The notes: generated by a model not told the origin, from the letters alone. A DNA stretch of 64,000 nt from an uncultured Algoriphagus sp. (GCA_965659625.1 CBFHWO010000006.1:24587-88586), one strand, 5' to 3'; counted from the first letter of the stretch, positions 48,360 to 58,508 are shown. Made by a program: numbers and translations.

Positions 48360-50078
48360 TTAATGCGAATCCCTCTTGACTTCCGATCCAGAACTGCCCT
48401 GAAGGAAATCAAAATCAACTCCTTCGTGAGCTTGGTTTACTTTGTCCAAAAATAAATTTACATACCCTCGTTCATAGGGTAGTATTATCGGCTTGAACTC
48501 TGCTTTTCGAGATTCAAATTCTTCTTCAGAAATAAGAAGATTAAGGGTTCTTGCCGGGACATTTAACTCAATTAAATCTCCGGTTTTCACAAATGCTAAC
48601 GGTCCACCAATTGCCGATTCTGGAGAAACGTGAAGAATTACAGTTCCGTATCCTGTTCCGCTCATTCGGCCATCAGAAATCCTTACCATATCTTTGATTC
48701 CTTTTGCTAAAATCTTGGTTGGCAGTCCCATATTACCCACTTCAGGCATACCAGGGTATCCTTTAGGGCCGACATTTTTCATCACCATGATAGAGTTTTC
48801 ATCGATGTCTAGATTCGGGTCATCGATTTTCGCCTTGTACTCATCTATGGTTTCAAAGACCACCGCTTTGCCAGTGTGAGTCAATAAATGAGGGCTGGCT
48901 GCAGAAGGTTTTATCACGGCTCCATTTGGACAAAGATTTCCTTTCAAAACTGCTATTCCAGAATCTGGTTTTATTGGTTTGTCAAAAGTTCCAATCAAAT
49001 CTCGATCATAACATTCGGCCTTATGGATGTTTTCTCCGATCGTTTTTCCATTGATGGTTAGAGAATCTGTATGAAGATGTTTCTCAAGTTCTTTCATCAC
49101 TGCTGGGAGTCCTCCAGCATAGAAAAGATCTTCTACCCAATGTTCACCTGAAGGCTGCACATTGGCAATTAATGGGATTTTTGAAGAGAAATGATCAAAA
49201 TCAGTCAAATCCAGTTCCACTCCAATTCTTTTAGCAATAGCTGTCAAGTGAAGAATAAAATTGGTAGATCCTCCTAAGGCTGCATTGACCATTATAGAGT
49301 TTTCAAAGGCTTTTCTTGTCAGGATTTTACTCATTTTCATGTCCTCATTGACCATCTCCACGATACGCATTCCAGACATATGTGCCAGTACTTTTCTTCT
49401 GGAATCTGCAGCGGGAATGGTTGCATTATCTGGAAGCGATAAGCCTAAAGATTCCACCATGGCCGCCATCGTTGAGGCTGTCCCCATGGGTGCGCAATGG
49501 CCCACTGATCTTGACATAGCTGCCTCAGCCTCTATAAAATCTTCTTGAGAAAGCTTTCCGGTTTTGAAATCCTCAGCAAAACGCCAAACGTCAGAGGTGC
49601 CTATTTTTTTTCCTTTGAATCTTCCAACCAACATTGGACCCCCTGAAACTACTAAAGCAGGAATGTCCACAGATGCTGCTCCCATTACTAATGAAGGGGT
49701 GGTTTTATCACATCCACACATCAAAACTACTCCATCCATTGGGTTGGCTCGGATACTTTCCTCCACATCCATGCTGGCTAAGTTTCTAAAAAGCATAGCA
49801 GTGGGTTTGATAGAGCATTCTCCCAAAGACATCACAGGGAATTCAAGCGGAAATCCACCAGCTTCCCAAATCCCTCGCTTTAGTGCATCGGCGAGATCTC
49901 TGAAATGTGCGTTACATGGAGTAAGCTCTGACCAGGTATTACAAATTCCGATTACTGGTTTGTCTCCTTCGAATAAGTGATGAGGAAAACCTTGGTTTTT
50001 CATCCAAGATCTATAAATGAAACCGTCTTTTCCAGTTCTTCCGTACCATTCTTGGCTTCGGAGTTTTTTCTTCGTCAT
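48360..50078 (-). CDS. IlvD/Edd-family dehydratase (sugar-acid dehydratase-like)
   Basis: It has the N-terminus LRSQEWYG.., the motifs CDKTTPS and SDGRMSG, and the family length of 572 aa. The substrate cannot be assigned. Confidence 0.85.
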   Translation of the reverse strand: MTKKKLRSQEWYGRTGKDGFIYRSWMKNQGFPHHLFEGDKPVIGICNTWSELTPCNAHFRDLADALKRGIWEAGGFPLEFPVMSLGECSIKPTAMLFRNLASMDVEESIRANPMDGVVLMCGCDKTTPSLVMGAASVDIPALVVSGGPMLVGRFKGKKIGTSDVWRFAEDFKTGKLSQEDFIEAEAAMSRSVGHCAPMGTASTMAAMVESLGLSLPDNATIPAADSRRKVLAHMSGMRIVEMVNEDMKMSKILTRKAFENSIMVNAALGGSTNFILHLTAIAKRIGVELDLTDFDHFSSKIPLIANVQPSGEHWVEDLFYAGGLPAVMKELEKHLHTDSLTINGKTIGENIHKAECYDRDLIGTFDKPIKPDSGIAVLKGNLCPNGAVIKPSAASPHLLTHTGKAVVFETIDEYKAKIDDPNLDIDENSIMVMKNVGPKGYPGMPEVGNMGLPTKILAKGIKDMVRISDGRMSGTGYGTVILHVSPESAIGGPLAFVKTGDLIELNVPARTLNLLISEEEFESRKAEFKPIILPYERGYVNLFLDKVNQAHEGVDFDFLQGSSGSEVKRDSH

Positions 50079-50155
50079 AGGTTATTTTGGCAAATTAGAC
50101 CAAAATTTACCAAAATTTTTTTGAAGGACAGGAAGTAAAGGAGAATGCTTGGAAA

Positions 50156-51133
50156 TTAATCTTTCAATTGGCAAATGAGATTTTCAAGTGCTTCAAGATC
50201 AATTGTGAAATCAGAAATTATAGAATCAGGGGAATCCCCTTTGTTAAGGGTATAGTAATACTTTAAGCCTAAGGCATTTGCCAAATTGAAATAACAATTA
50301 GTTTTAGAGTCTCCATGGTTTCTAAGTTCAATGACTGCACTGTCTTTAGGAAGAAACAACATGTTGGTCAATGCCGCGCCATGAAGTGAAACCAATGTTT
50401 TAGTCTCGGACATCAGAGAAATTTGATCTTTTAAGGTCAATTTTTCTGTGTAAACAATTTCAAAACCATGTTTGATCATTAAAAGCTCTACATCTACTTC
50501 ATTATGATTTTTTCGTTTCAGGGCAAATTTTCTACTTATATAAATTTTCCGGAAGGGTTTCTTTTTTGGCTTGATACCTAACTTTTCGTAAGTTATCTGG
50601 GTAAGTTCCTGATTGAAGTTTGGGAAAGTTGCTGTTCTCGGTGTCAAAACAAGATTTTCTATAAAGACATTTTCATTGGAGTGATAAAAAATCGGTTTGA
50701 TCTTGAGCATCTCCAAGCTTTCGGTGACAAAAGGAAGATGCTTGTATGAATCATGAAGAATCACACGGTCCGAAATACCGGTATTTAACCCTATCCAAAG
50801 CCGAGGTAGACAGTCAGTGATCCAGTGAAAATAGTTAGCGCTCCACTCATCTTTTATCCAGATTGCATGAGGGATTTTTCGCCATTTTTTAAGGATACAG
50901 TGTGCTATTCTTTTTCCCACAGGCAACACTCCCAAGGAATTGATGTGGGTATGCGAGGTATAAAAACTCAGGTGGGATGGAGAAAAAACCGTATCCTGAA
51001 GGATAAAGGATTTTTCTAAATGAAGGATAGGATGAATCTTAAACCTGCATTCATAATCCCCCGCAAATAACTTTTCGTCTTCAGGAAGAAGATTTAAAGG
51101 TGGATTTCTCTTTATGTATATTTCCTCCGACAA
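50156..51133 (-). CDS. Glycosyltransferase family 61 / DUF563-type protein
   Basis: It has the motifs YFHWITDCLPRL and LVSLHGAALTNMLFL. It starts with TTG, and spot counts give about 28-38% GC. Confidence 0.65.
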   Translation of the reverse strand: MSEEIYIKRNPPLNLLPEDEKLFAGDYECRFKIHPILHLEKSFILQDTVFSPSHLSFYTSHTHINSLGVLPVGKRIAHCILKKWRKIPHAIWIKDEWSANYFHWITDCLPRLWIGLNTGISDRVILHDSYKHLPFVTESLEMLKIKPIFYHSNENVFIENLVLTPRTATFPNFNQELTQITYEKLGIKPKKKPFRKIYISRKFALKRKNHNEVDVELLMIKHGFEIVYTEKLTLKDQISLMSETKTLVSLHGAALTNMLFLPKDSAVIELRNHGDSKTNCYFNLANALGLKYYYTLNKGDSPDSIISDFTIDLEALENLICQLKD

Positions 51134-51151
51134 AGCCTAAATAATATTGAA

Positions 51152-51190
51152 ATTAAAAAAGAATACCTACCCGGCCATTCAGCCGGGTGG
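51152..51190 (-). terminator. Rho-independent terminator of murA
   Basis: The stem CTACCCGGC/GCCGGGTGG (51167-51190) is followed on the minus strand by TATTCTTTTTT. Confidence 0.8.
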
Positions 51191-51192
51191 GT

Positions 51193-52500
51193 TTATGAGA
51201 TTCTTTCGATTTCTGCCCCTAAAGCATTCAGACGCTCATCTATATGTTGGTAGCCCCGATCTATTTGTTCGATATTATCAATGATTGAGGTGCCATTGGC
51301 AGAAAGTGCTGCAATCAACAAGGAAACTCCCGCTCTGATATCAGGTGACGTCATTCGGATACCCTTCAATGGATATTTTCTGTCCAATCCAATCACGGTG
51401 GCTCGATGAGGATCACACAAAATAATCTGAGCTCCCATATCGATCAATTTATCCACGAAGAACAAGCGGCTTTCAAACATCTTTTGATGAACCAAAACAG
51501 TTCCTTTTGCCTGAGTGGCAGTAACCAAAACAATACTCAATAGATCAGGAGTAAAACCTGGCCAAATGGCATCAGCAACAGTAAGAATTGAGCCATCGAT
51601 AAATGTTTCTATTTCGTAATGTTTCTGGGCTGGAATAAAGATATCATCTCCTTTGATTTCTAGTTTAATACCCATTCTCCTGAAAGTCTCAGGAATAATT
51701 CCCAAACGATGAACTTGCGCATCTTTAATGGTGATTTCGGATTGAGTCATTGCGGCTAATCCAATAAATGAACCGATCTCAATCATGTCTGGAAGCATTT
51801 TATGCTCAGTTCCACTGAGTTTATTTACTCCCTCGATTGTCAATAAATTAGATCCAATTCCAGTGATTTTTGCCCCCATTCGATTGAGCATATCACATAG
51901 CTGCTGAAGGTATGGCTCACAAGCAGCATTATAAATGGTCGTGGTACCTTCGGCCATGACAGCTGCCATGACAATATTGGCTGTACCGGTGACAGAAGCT
52001 TCATCAAGGAGCATGTAGCAACCTTTCAGGTTTTTCCCATCGATATGAAAAATTTCATTCTTCGCGTCGTATCTGAATATAGCACCCAGCTTTTGAAAGC
52101 CGAAAAAGTGAGTATCCATTCTACGTCTTCCGATTTTGTCTCCTCCTGGCTTAGAAAGTTTACCTGTTCCAAACCTTGCCAATAATGGACCCAAAATCAT
52201 GACAGAGCCTCGTAGTGAAGAGGCTTTTTTTAGAAAATCTTCTGTTTCCAAATAGTCGAGATTGACCTGATCTGCTTTGAAAGAATAGGATTCAGCACCC
52301 AGTTTGGTCACCTTTACGCCCATATCGGTTAAAAGTTCTATCAACTTATTGATATCACGAATATTTGGGATTTTATGGATGGTGACCTCCTCAGAAGTGA
52401 GTAGGACAGCACAAAGGATTTGCAAGGCTTCGTTTTTCGCTCCTTGCGGGATGATCTCACCTTTTAGACGATTTCCCCCCTTGACACGAAATGATGCCAT
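51193..52500 (-). CDS. murA: UDP-N-acetylglucosamine 1-carboxyvinyltransferase
   Basis: It has the N-terminus FRVKGGNRLKGEI.PQGAKNEALQ, the motif KPGGDKIGRRRMDTH and the length of 435 aa. Confidence 0.94.
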   Translation of the reverse strand: MASFRVKGGNRLKGEIIPQGAKNEALQILCAVLLTSEEVTIHKIPNIRDINKLIELLTDMGVKVTKLGAESYSFKADQVNLDYLETEDFLKKASSLRGSVMILGPLLARFGTGKLSKPGGDKIGRRRMDTHFFGFQKLGAIFRYDAKNEIFHIDGKNLKGCYMLLDEASVTGTANIVMAAVMAEGTTTIYNAACEPYLQQLCDMLNRMGAKITGIGSNLLTIEGVNKLSGTEHKMLPDMIEIGSFIGLAAMTQSEITIKDAQVHRLGIIPETFRRMGIKLEIKGDDIFIPAQKHYEIETFIDGSILTVADAIWPGFTPDLLSIVLVTATQAKGTVLVHQKMFESRLFFVDKLIDMGAQIILCDPHRATVIGLDRKYPLKGIRMTSPDIRAGVSLLIAALSANGTSIIDNIEQIDRGYQHIDERLNALGAEIERIS

Positions 52501-53162
52501 TAATTTCTACGTTTTTTGTTATTATGGTTACTTGGACGACGTTTATTTGTGTGCGTGCGCTTGCTTTTATGAGTTTGCTCAACTTGCAAAGGTGGCTTGA
52601 AGTCTCTTCGGGTATTGGATTCAAAAAGACCGTTTTCTTTAACTTTTTCTAGGTCAATATGAAGTTTTCCTTTTGATAAAGTTTTGATATCATCCAAGAT
52701 AATCCCGTCGTCAAAATTTTCTCTGTTCCAGGTTGAATGAAAACTTCTCATTAACTGGCCAATAAAAATAATTGCCGCTTCTTGTTCTTCATCGTCTTCA
52801 ATATCGATGGCATTTTCGATCAGCTTTTCGATATTTCTCCCGTAATGTTTGAATTTGATTTCCCCCTTTGGGTAACCAATATGTGGTGGTTTCTTGCCAA
52901 GCAATTCTTTCTCAGGCATTGGGAAGGGGCTGTCCACCTCCAATTTAAAATCAGACATGATAAACAAATCATCCCATAATTTCTGGTCATTTTCCTGCTT
53001 TAGGGGAGGATTGAGTTGCTTGATGATTTCGATGGCGGTATAAGCACTTGCTGTGCGCTTTTCGCGGTCTTCAATACCTGTGATATAATCAACAAGGCGT
53101 TGAACGTTTTTGCCGTATTCTTTCAAAATGAGTTTTTGTTTGTCAGGTTTAAGTTGCTCCAT
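52500..53162 (-). CDS. DUF4290-family protein (conserved upstream partner of murA in Bacteroidota)
   Basis: Its stop shares 1 nt with the murA start (TAATG). It has a very basic C-terminal tail (KRTHTNKRRPSNHNNKKRRN). The family call is from memory. Confidence 0.7.
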   Translation of the reverse strand: MEQLKPDKQKLILKEYGKNVQRLVDYITGIEDREKRTASAYTAIEIIKQLNPPLKQENDQKLWDDLFIMSDFKLEVDSPFPMPEKELLGKKPPHIGYPKGEIKFKHYGRNIEKLIENAIDIEDDEEQEAAIIFIGQLMRSFHSTWNRENFDDGIILDDIKTLSKGKLHIDLEKVKENGLFESNTRRDFKPPLQVEQTHKSKRTHTNKRRPSNHNNKKRRN

Positions 53163-53227
53163 TTTGCCTCCAATTTTTGCTTAATAAAAGATAGCAAAAA
53201 AATACCAAAAGGCAGGAAGGCAGGTGA

Positions 53228-55486
53228 TTAGTCTATAATTCTGAGCTTCGCAAAGCTAAGTAATAATGTTTTCTCTCCAAAATGTTCGAACTGAATCCTT
53301 GCTTTTCTATTAAGTCCTTCAGTTTCAATTTTTTGAACTTTCCCAAATCCAAATTTAGGATGCTCCACCAGCTGATCTGCTCTCAGGTTATTTGTATTTG
53401 AGGGTTTGAAGTCCGGACCTGGAGTATGTACCTTCAGTGTACTTGGCCCTCTAGTCTCTGGTTTCTTTTTGATTCCAATGAATCCCGAACTTCCAGGAAA
53501 TCCTTCTTTGCGAAAAGCTCCCGGCATTTCTCTGGTGGTTACCCGTTTATTAACTTTGATGCAGGCAGGATCTACTTCTTCTAAAAACCTGCTTGGCTCA
53601 CAATTTAACAATCTACCGAATCGATAACGAGTCAAAGCGTAAGTAAAGTATAATTTATCCATTGCGCGAGTAGTCGCCACATAAAATAACCTTCTTTCTT
53701 CCTCTAGATCTTCTCTACTTTGCATCATCATTTGAGAAGGAAACAGATCTTCTTCCATTCCTACGACAAAAACTTGCTTAAACTCAAGACCTTTAGAGGA
53801 ATGAACAGTCATCAAAGTAATTGCTTCGGTTTGATCTTTGTCCTGATCATTGTCTGTAAGCAAGGCAATTTCCTGTAAAAATGCCCCAAGACTTTTATCT
53901 TCATTTTCAGGATTGTCCACATATTCTTTGATAGCATTCAGCAATTCTTGGACGTTTTCATATCGATTCAGCCCTTCGATCGTTTTATCCTCGTAAAGCT
54001 CTCTAAGCAAACCGCTTTGTTTGGCAATATTATTTGCTGCCTCGAAAGCGTCTTTCCTTTCTACATCAATCCGAAAAGCTTTGATCATGGTGGCAAAATC
54101 ATCCACAGCATTTCCGGCTCTGCCAGGAAGAAAGCTATGTGCGTTGGTGACTACTTCCCAAAGTGGAATGTCGTGCTCGTATGCCGCAACAAGCATTTTC
54201 TCGACTGAAGTATCCCCAACGCCTCTTTTGGGATAATTGATCACTCTTTTAAAAGCTTCTTCATCTGCAGGATTGACCGTAAACCTCATGTAGGCCATCA
54301 AGTCTTTGATCTCCTTCCTTTGATAAAAAGAAAGTCCGCCTACAATCTTGTAGGTAAGGTTCATTTTACGAAGGGCTTCTTCCATAGACCTGGACTGAGA
54401 ATTGGTTCTATAGAGTATAGCAAAATCATTATTGCTCAGCTTTTTATTATTCTTCTCTTCAAAAATCGCATTGGCGACGATCCTTCCTTCCTCATTATCC
54501 GAACTTGCCTTGATCAATTCAATCTGATCACCATCTGGGTTGGATGTCCAAACCACTTTTTTAAGCTGTGCTTTATTTTTGTCGATAATAGAGTTTGCTG
54601 CTTCGACGATTGTCTTGGTCGAGCGATAGTTTTGCTCCAGTTTTACCACAAAAAGGTCTGGATAATCTTTCTCAAAATTTAGGATATTTTGAATATCCGC
54701 TCCTCGGAAAGCATAAATACTTTGGGCATCATCTCCCACCACACAAATGTTTTGATGAACGGCCGCGAGCTTCTTTGTAATCAAATATTGGGAAACATTG
54801 GTGTCCTGAAACTCATCTACCATGATGTATTTAAATCGCTGTTGGTATTTATTCAACACATCGAGATGATCACGGAAAAGGATGTTCGTATTGAAAAGCA
54901 AATCATCAAAATCCATGGCTCCTGCTTTGAAAAGCCTTTCTTGGTATCGCTGGTAGATTTCTCCCATTTTGGGTTTCATGGCAGCTTCATCATCAGCTTT
55001 GACAAATGGGTCATCTTGGTAAGACTGCCAAGAGATTAATCGGTTTTTTGCTCCTGAGATTCGGGAAAGGACGGTATTGGCTTTGTAGACTTTGTCATCC
55101 AAATGCATTCCTTTCACAATTGATCGAATCAAGGATTTGGAATCATCCGCATCATAAATGGTGAAATTGGATGGATAACCAATTTTCTCAGACTCCACTC
55201 TCAGAATTTTGGCAAAAACGGAGTGGAAAGTACCCATCCAGGTATTTCTTGCTTCCAGGCCCGCCAATGATTCTATACGATGCTTCATTTCACTGGCAGC
55301 TTTATTTGTAAAAGTCAGTGAAAGGATATTAAAGGCATCTACCCCTTTGGCATAGATCAAATGAGCAATTCTGAAGGTGAGTACTCTGGTTTTGCCAGAG
55401 CCTGCACCTGCAATAATCATCAAAGGTCCATCGGTATGTTCTACAGCTTCTCGCTGGGGTGGGTTTAAACTTTCTAGGTAATCCAT
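53228..55486 (-). CDS. UvrD/PcrA/Rep-type ATP-dependent DNA helicase
   Basis: It has Walker A (AGAGSGKT), the motifs VDEFQDTN, YRS and VHSSKGLEF, and a C-terminal Tudor-like tail. Confidence 0.92.
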   Translation of the reverse strand: MDYLESLNPPQREAVEHTDGPLMIIAGAGSGKTRVLTFRIAHLIYAKGVDAFNILSLTFTNKAASEMKHRIESLAGLEARNTWMGTFHSVFAKILRVESEKIGYPSNFTIYDADDSKSLIRSIVKGMHLDDKVYKANTVLSRISGAKNRLISWQSYQDDPFVKADDEAAMKPKMGEIYQRYQERLFKAGAMDFDDLLFNTNILFRDHLDVLNKYQQRFKYIMVDEFQDTNVSQYLITKKLAAVHQNICVVGDDAQSIYAFRGADIQNILNFEKDYPDLFVVKLEQNYRSTKTIVEAANSIIDKNKAQLKKVVWTSNPDGDQIELIKASSDNEEGRIVANAIFEEKNNKKLSNNDFAILYRTNSQSRSMEEALRKMNLTYKIVGGLSFYQRKEIKDLMAYMRFTVNPADEEAFKRVINYPKRGVGDTSVEKMLVAAYEHDIPLWEVVTNAHSFLPGRAGNAVDDFATMIKAFRIDVERKDAFEAANNIAKQSGLLRELYEDKTIEGLNRYENVQELLNAIKEYVDNPENEDKSLGAFLQEIALLTDNDQDKDQTEAITLMTVHSSKGLEFKQVFVVGMEEDLFPSQMMMQSREDLEEERRLFYVATTRAMDKLYFTYALTRYRFGRLLNCEPSRFLEEVDPACIKVNKRVTTREMPGAFRKEGFPGSSGFIGIKKKPETRGPSTLKVHTPGPDFKPSNTNNLRADQLVEHPKFGFGKVQKIETEGLNRKARIQFEHFGEKTLLLSFAKLRIID

Positions 55487-55519
55487 TCTAGCTTCTAATC
55501 TTTTTTCTATTTACCCAAC

Positions 55520-56359
55520 TTATGAGATTTTCCATCTCTTGTGGCTCCAGAGATACATGTCTGGCTGCTCCCGGATATTTTCTTCTAGCATTTTGCAAAA
55601 GGTATCGGTAATGCTATGAGGCTCATGGGCATCATAAGGAGGCTTTGCCAAAGGCACAAACTCATAATGATAAAAGCCTCTTTTTACCTTTTTTAGTTTC
55701 CCAAAATGCACAAAAAGGTTCATTTTTTTGGAAAGAAACTCGGCCCCTTCAAAAAAGACAGCAGGTCGATTCAAAAAGTCTCTTTGATATCGGTTTTCTG
55801 AAGCTGGAGGTCTTTGGTCAGATCCTAAGAGTACGATCCTAGGATCTCTGCCCAAGGTAAGCATGCCTCTGCGGAATTCTCTCTTTTCAGTTACATATCC
55901 GCCAAATCGTGTCCGGATTTTTTTCATGAGCTCATTGAAAAACGGATTGTTCACCTTTAAATAAACCGTCTCGACTAAAACCTCTGAATACAAGTTGATT
56001 CCGACTACCCCCATTTCCCAATTGAAAATATGTCCACCGACCATTAATGAACTAACCCCTTTTTTTACTGGAGCGTCGAGACCTTCCTGATTCACTATTA
56101 CAAATCTTCGACGGAATTCTTCTTCCGATATTGTCAGGATTTTGATGGTTTCGGCAAATGTGTCAGTAAAATTACGGTAAAAACGGTTTCGGATCTTTTT
56201 TCGCTCTACCTCTGATAGCTCCGGAAAAGCAAAATATAGATTTTCATCAATGACTTTCTTTCTGTACCTGACAATATAGCGTGCTACCAAATAAAGCACA
56301 TCTGTAAATAAATAAAGGACAGAAAGGGGAAGTCGTGAGAACAGCCTGAAGAAAAACAT
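55520..56359 (-). CDS. Lipid A biosynthesis (Kdo)2-lipid IVA acyltransferase-like protein (LpxL/HtrB family)
   Basis: An N-terminal membrane anchor is followed by GGHIFNWE (the HX4E/D-like acyltransferase motif). The length of 279 aa fits. Confidence 0.75.
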   Translation of the reverse strand: MFFFRLFSRLPLSVLYLFTDVLYLVARYIVRYRKKVIDENLYFAFPELSEVERKKIRNRFYRNFTDTFAETIKILTISEEEFRRRFVIVNQEGLDAPVKKGVSSLMVGGHIFNWEMGVVGINLYSEVLVETVYLKVNNPFFNELMKKIRTRFGGYVTEKREFRRGMLTLGRDPRIVLLGSDQRPPASENRYQRDFLNRPAVFFEGAEFLSKKMNLFVHFGKLKKVKRGFYHYEFVPLAKPPYDAHEPHSITDTFCKMLEENIREQPDMYLWSHKRWKIS

Positions 56360-56479
56360 AGAATGTTTGCTGGGGATTTGGCTATTAATAGCCTATTTCA
56401 ACGGACAAAATAAAGGAAAAGCAGGGAAAATTTCCCGATTCCTAGTTATAATTTGACTCAATCATTACTTTTGAAACCT

Positions 56480-57079
56480 ATGTCGGAAGTACAGCGAAGG
56501 AAATATTCTCAGGAAGAGAAAAACACCATCTTCGATGGAGAGTTTATGCCACACATAGACTCCATGTATAATTTTGCCTATCGACTCACCTTTGATGAGG
56601 ATGATGCGAAAGATCTTGTACAAGACACCTATCTCAAGGCCTACCGTTTTATCAATTCTTTTGAGCAGGGAACAAATGCCAAAGCATGGTTGTTTCGGAT
56701 CCTGAAAAACAGTTTTATCAACGAGTACCGTAAAAAAAGTAAGCAGCCTGCAAAAGTCGATTATCAGGAAGTTGAAACTTATTACAACTCAGATGATGTT
56801 GACTATCAAAGCACCACTGATTTAAGGGCAGAATCTGTCAAAGGAATGATAGGGGATGAGATCTCAAATGCTTTGAATAGCCTTGCAGTAGACTTCAGAA
56901 CAGTTATTATCCTATGTGATCTAGAAGGGTTCACTTATGAGGAAATGGCTAAAATTTTGGATATTCCTATTGGAACAGTCCGCTCTAGACTTCATAGAGC
57001 TCGAAACTTGTTGAAAGAAAAACTAAGAGGATATGCCCAGCATATGGGCTATAATACAGAGGAAGAGGAGGAAAATTAA
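56480..57079 (+). CDS. ECF-type RNA polymerase sigma-70 factor
   Basis: It has a region 2 (DLVQDTYLKAYRF...WLFRILKNSFINEYRK) and a region 4 HTH (FTYEEMAKILDIPIGTVRSRLHRAR). I preferred the ATG at 56480 over the TTG at 56453. Confidence 0.88.
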   Translation: MSEVQRRKYSQEEKNTIFDGEFMPHIDSMYNFAYRLTFDEDDAKDLVQDTYLKAYRFINSFEQGTNAKAWLFRILKNSFINEYRKKSKQPAKVDYQEVETYYNSDDVDYQSTTDLRAESVKGMIGDEISNALNSLAVDFRTVIILCDLEGFTYEEMAKILDIPIGTVRSRLHRARNLLKEKLRGYAQHMGYNTEEEEEN

Positions 57080-57089
57080 AGTAGAATTA

Positions 57090-57362
57090 CTCATGGAAAT
57101 GAATGAAGAAACATCCGGTGAACGAAAGTTAAAGTGCAGCGACACAAGTAAATGCTTTGAACTTTTGGAAAGTATTCTTGATGGAGAATTGGATAATTCC
57201 AAAGAGGTACTTAAAGAGAAGTTGGCCAAATGTCAACCTTGCTTTGAACATTATCACCTAGAGCAAGCAATCCGGGATGTATTGAAAACGAAATGTACTA
57301 AGCATCAAGTGCCTGCTGAATTGGCTGATGGTATTCGCCAGAAAATTCAGGATATCAAATAA
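57090..57362 (+). CDS. Zinc-binding (ZAS / zf-HC2-like) anti-sigma factor, soluble, 90 aa
   Basis: It lies directly downstream of the ECF sigma gene. The Cys/His pattern is C..C..(LDGEL)..C.PC..HYH. I chose the start at MEMNEE, 10 nt after the sigma stop. Confidence 0.7.
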   Translation, partial: LMEMNEETSGERKLKCSDTSKCFELLESILDGELDNSKEVLKEKLAKCQPCFEHYHLEQAIRDVLKTKCTKHQVPAELADGIRQKIQDIK

Positions 57363-57365
57363 TTT

Positions 57366-57938
57366 ATGACCCAAGGAAAGGCAATCATTTTTTCCGCTCC
57401 TTCTGGATCGGGCAAAACTTCACTTGTGAAGCACCTCATCCAAAAAATCCCAAATTTGGGATTTTCTATTTCTGCCTGTACTCGTGATAAGAGAGGTCGT
57501 CACGAAGTTCATGGAAAAGATTATTACTTCCTTTCTCAGGAAGAATTCAAGAAAAATATCGATGAAGATGCTTTTATCGAGTGGGAAGAAGTCTATGCAG
57601 GAAATTTTTACGGCACGCTTAAGGAAGAAATACAGCGCATTTGGAACTCTGGAAAAGCAGTTATTTTTGATGTGGACGTAAAAGGTGGTTTGGCACTAAA
57701 AAAATATTTTGGGGATCAGGCCTTGGCGATTTTTGTTAAAGTCCCATCTCTAGAAGTTCTTGCATCCCGACTGAGTGACCGAGGCACTGAGACTGAGGAA
57801 TCTCTTTCAAGACGATTATACAAGGCGCAGTTTGAAGCCAAATTTGAGCCTCAGTTTGACGTGACAATTGTCAATGATGATTTTTCGGTTTCTTCCGCAG
57901 AGGCAGAAAAATTGGTCGGTGATTTTTTAGCAAGTTAA
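57366..57938 (+). CDS. gmk: Guanylate kinase
   Basis: It has the P-loop SAPSGSGKTS and the motifs SACTR..R..E..G.DYYF and FDVDVKG. Confidence 0.92.
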   Translation: MTQGKAIIFSAPSGSGKTSLVKHLIQKIPNLGFSISACTRDKRGRHEVHGKDYYFLSQEEFKKNIDEDAFIEWEEVYAGNFYGTLKEEIQRIWNSGKAVIFDVDVKGGLALKKYFGDQALAIFVKVPSLEVLASRLSDRGTETEESLSRRLYKAQFEAKFEPQFDVTIVNDDFSVSSAEAEKLVGDFLAS

Positions 57939-57941
57939 AAA

Positions 57942-58508
57942 GTGAAAATCGGACTCTACTTCGGCTCGTTCAATCCCATTCATATTGGGCATCTGATCAT
58001 CGCAGATACCCTACAGGATCGCACAGATTTAGATCAAGTTTGGTTTATAGTCAGTCCACAAAATCCTCTGAAAAAGCGGCAGTCGCTGATTCATGAATTT
58101 GACAGACTGCGAATGGTAGAAATCGCGATCGAAGATAATTTCCATTTCAGGGCTTCAGATGTGGAGTTTTCCATGCCTAAACCGAGTTATACGATAGATA
58201 CACTAGCCTATCTCAATGACCAATATCCAAAGCACCAGTTTTGCCTGTTTTTGGGTTCGGATAATCTTACCCAGCTTAAGCGGTGGAAGAATTATCAGAT
58301 GATCTTGGATAACTATGAAATTTTTGTTTATCCACGGCCGGGAGAAATGAAATCTTTTGATCATCCGAATATCAAGCTGATCGATGCGCCATTACTGGAT
58401 ATTTCCGCCACTTTTATCAGGAATTCCATTTTAGAAGAAAAGTCTGTTAAATACCTTCTTCCAGATGGGGTCGCAGATTATATCCGGGATAAGAAGTTGT
58501 ATCAATAA
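57942..58508 (+). CDS. nadD: Nicotinate-nucleotide adenylyltransferase
   Basis: It has a GTG start and the motif GSFNPIHIGHL (the (T/H)xGH motif), and near the C-terminus SATFIR. Confidence 0.9.
   Translation: MKIGLYFGSFNPIHIGHLIIADTLQDRTDLDQVWFIVSPQNPLKKRQSLIHEFDRLRMVEIAIEDNFHFRASDVEFSMPKPSYTIDTLAYLNDQYPKHQFCLFLGSDNLTQLKRWKNYQMILDNYEIFVYPRPGEMKSFDHPNIKLIDAPLLDISATFIRNSILEEKSVKYLLPDGVADYIRDKKLYQ

Noticed and set aside
56466-56473. TACTTTTG (a TAnnTTTG-type -7 box) upstream of the ECF sigma gene.
   Set aside because: It ends only 6 nt before the chosen ATG. It would therefore imply a leaderless or internal start, which is too ambiguous to annotate as a promoter.
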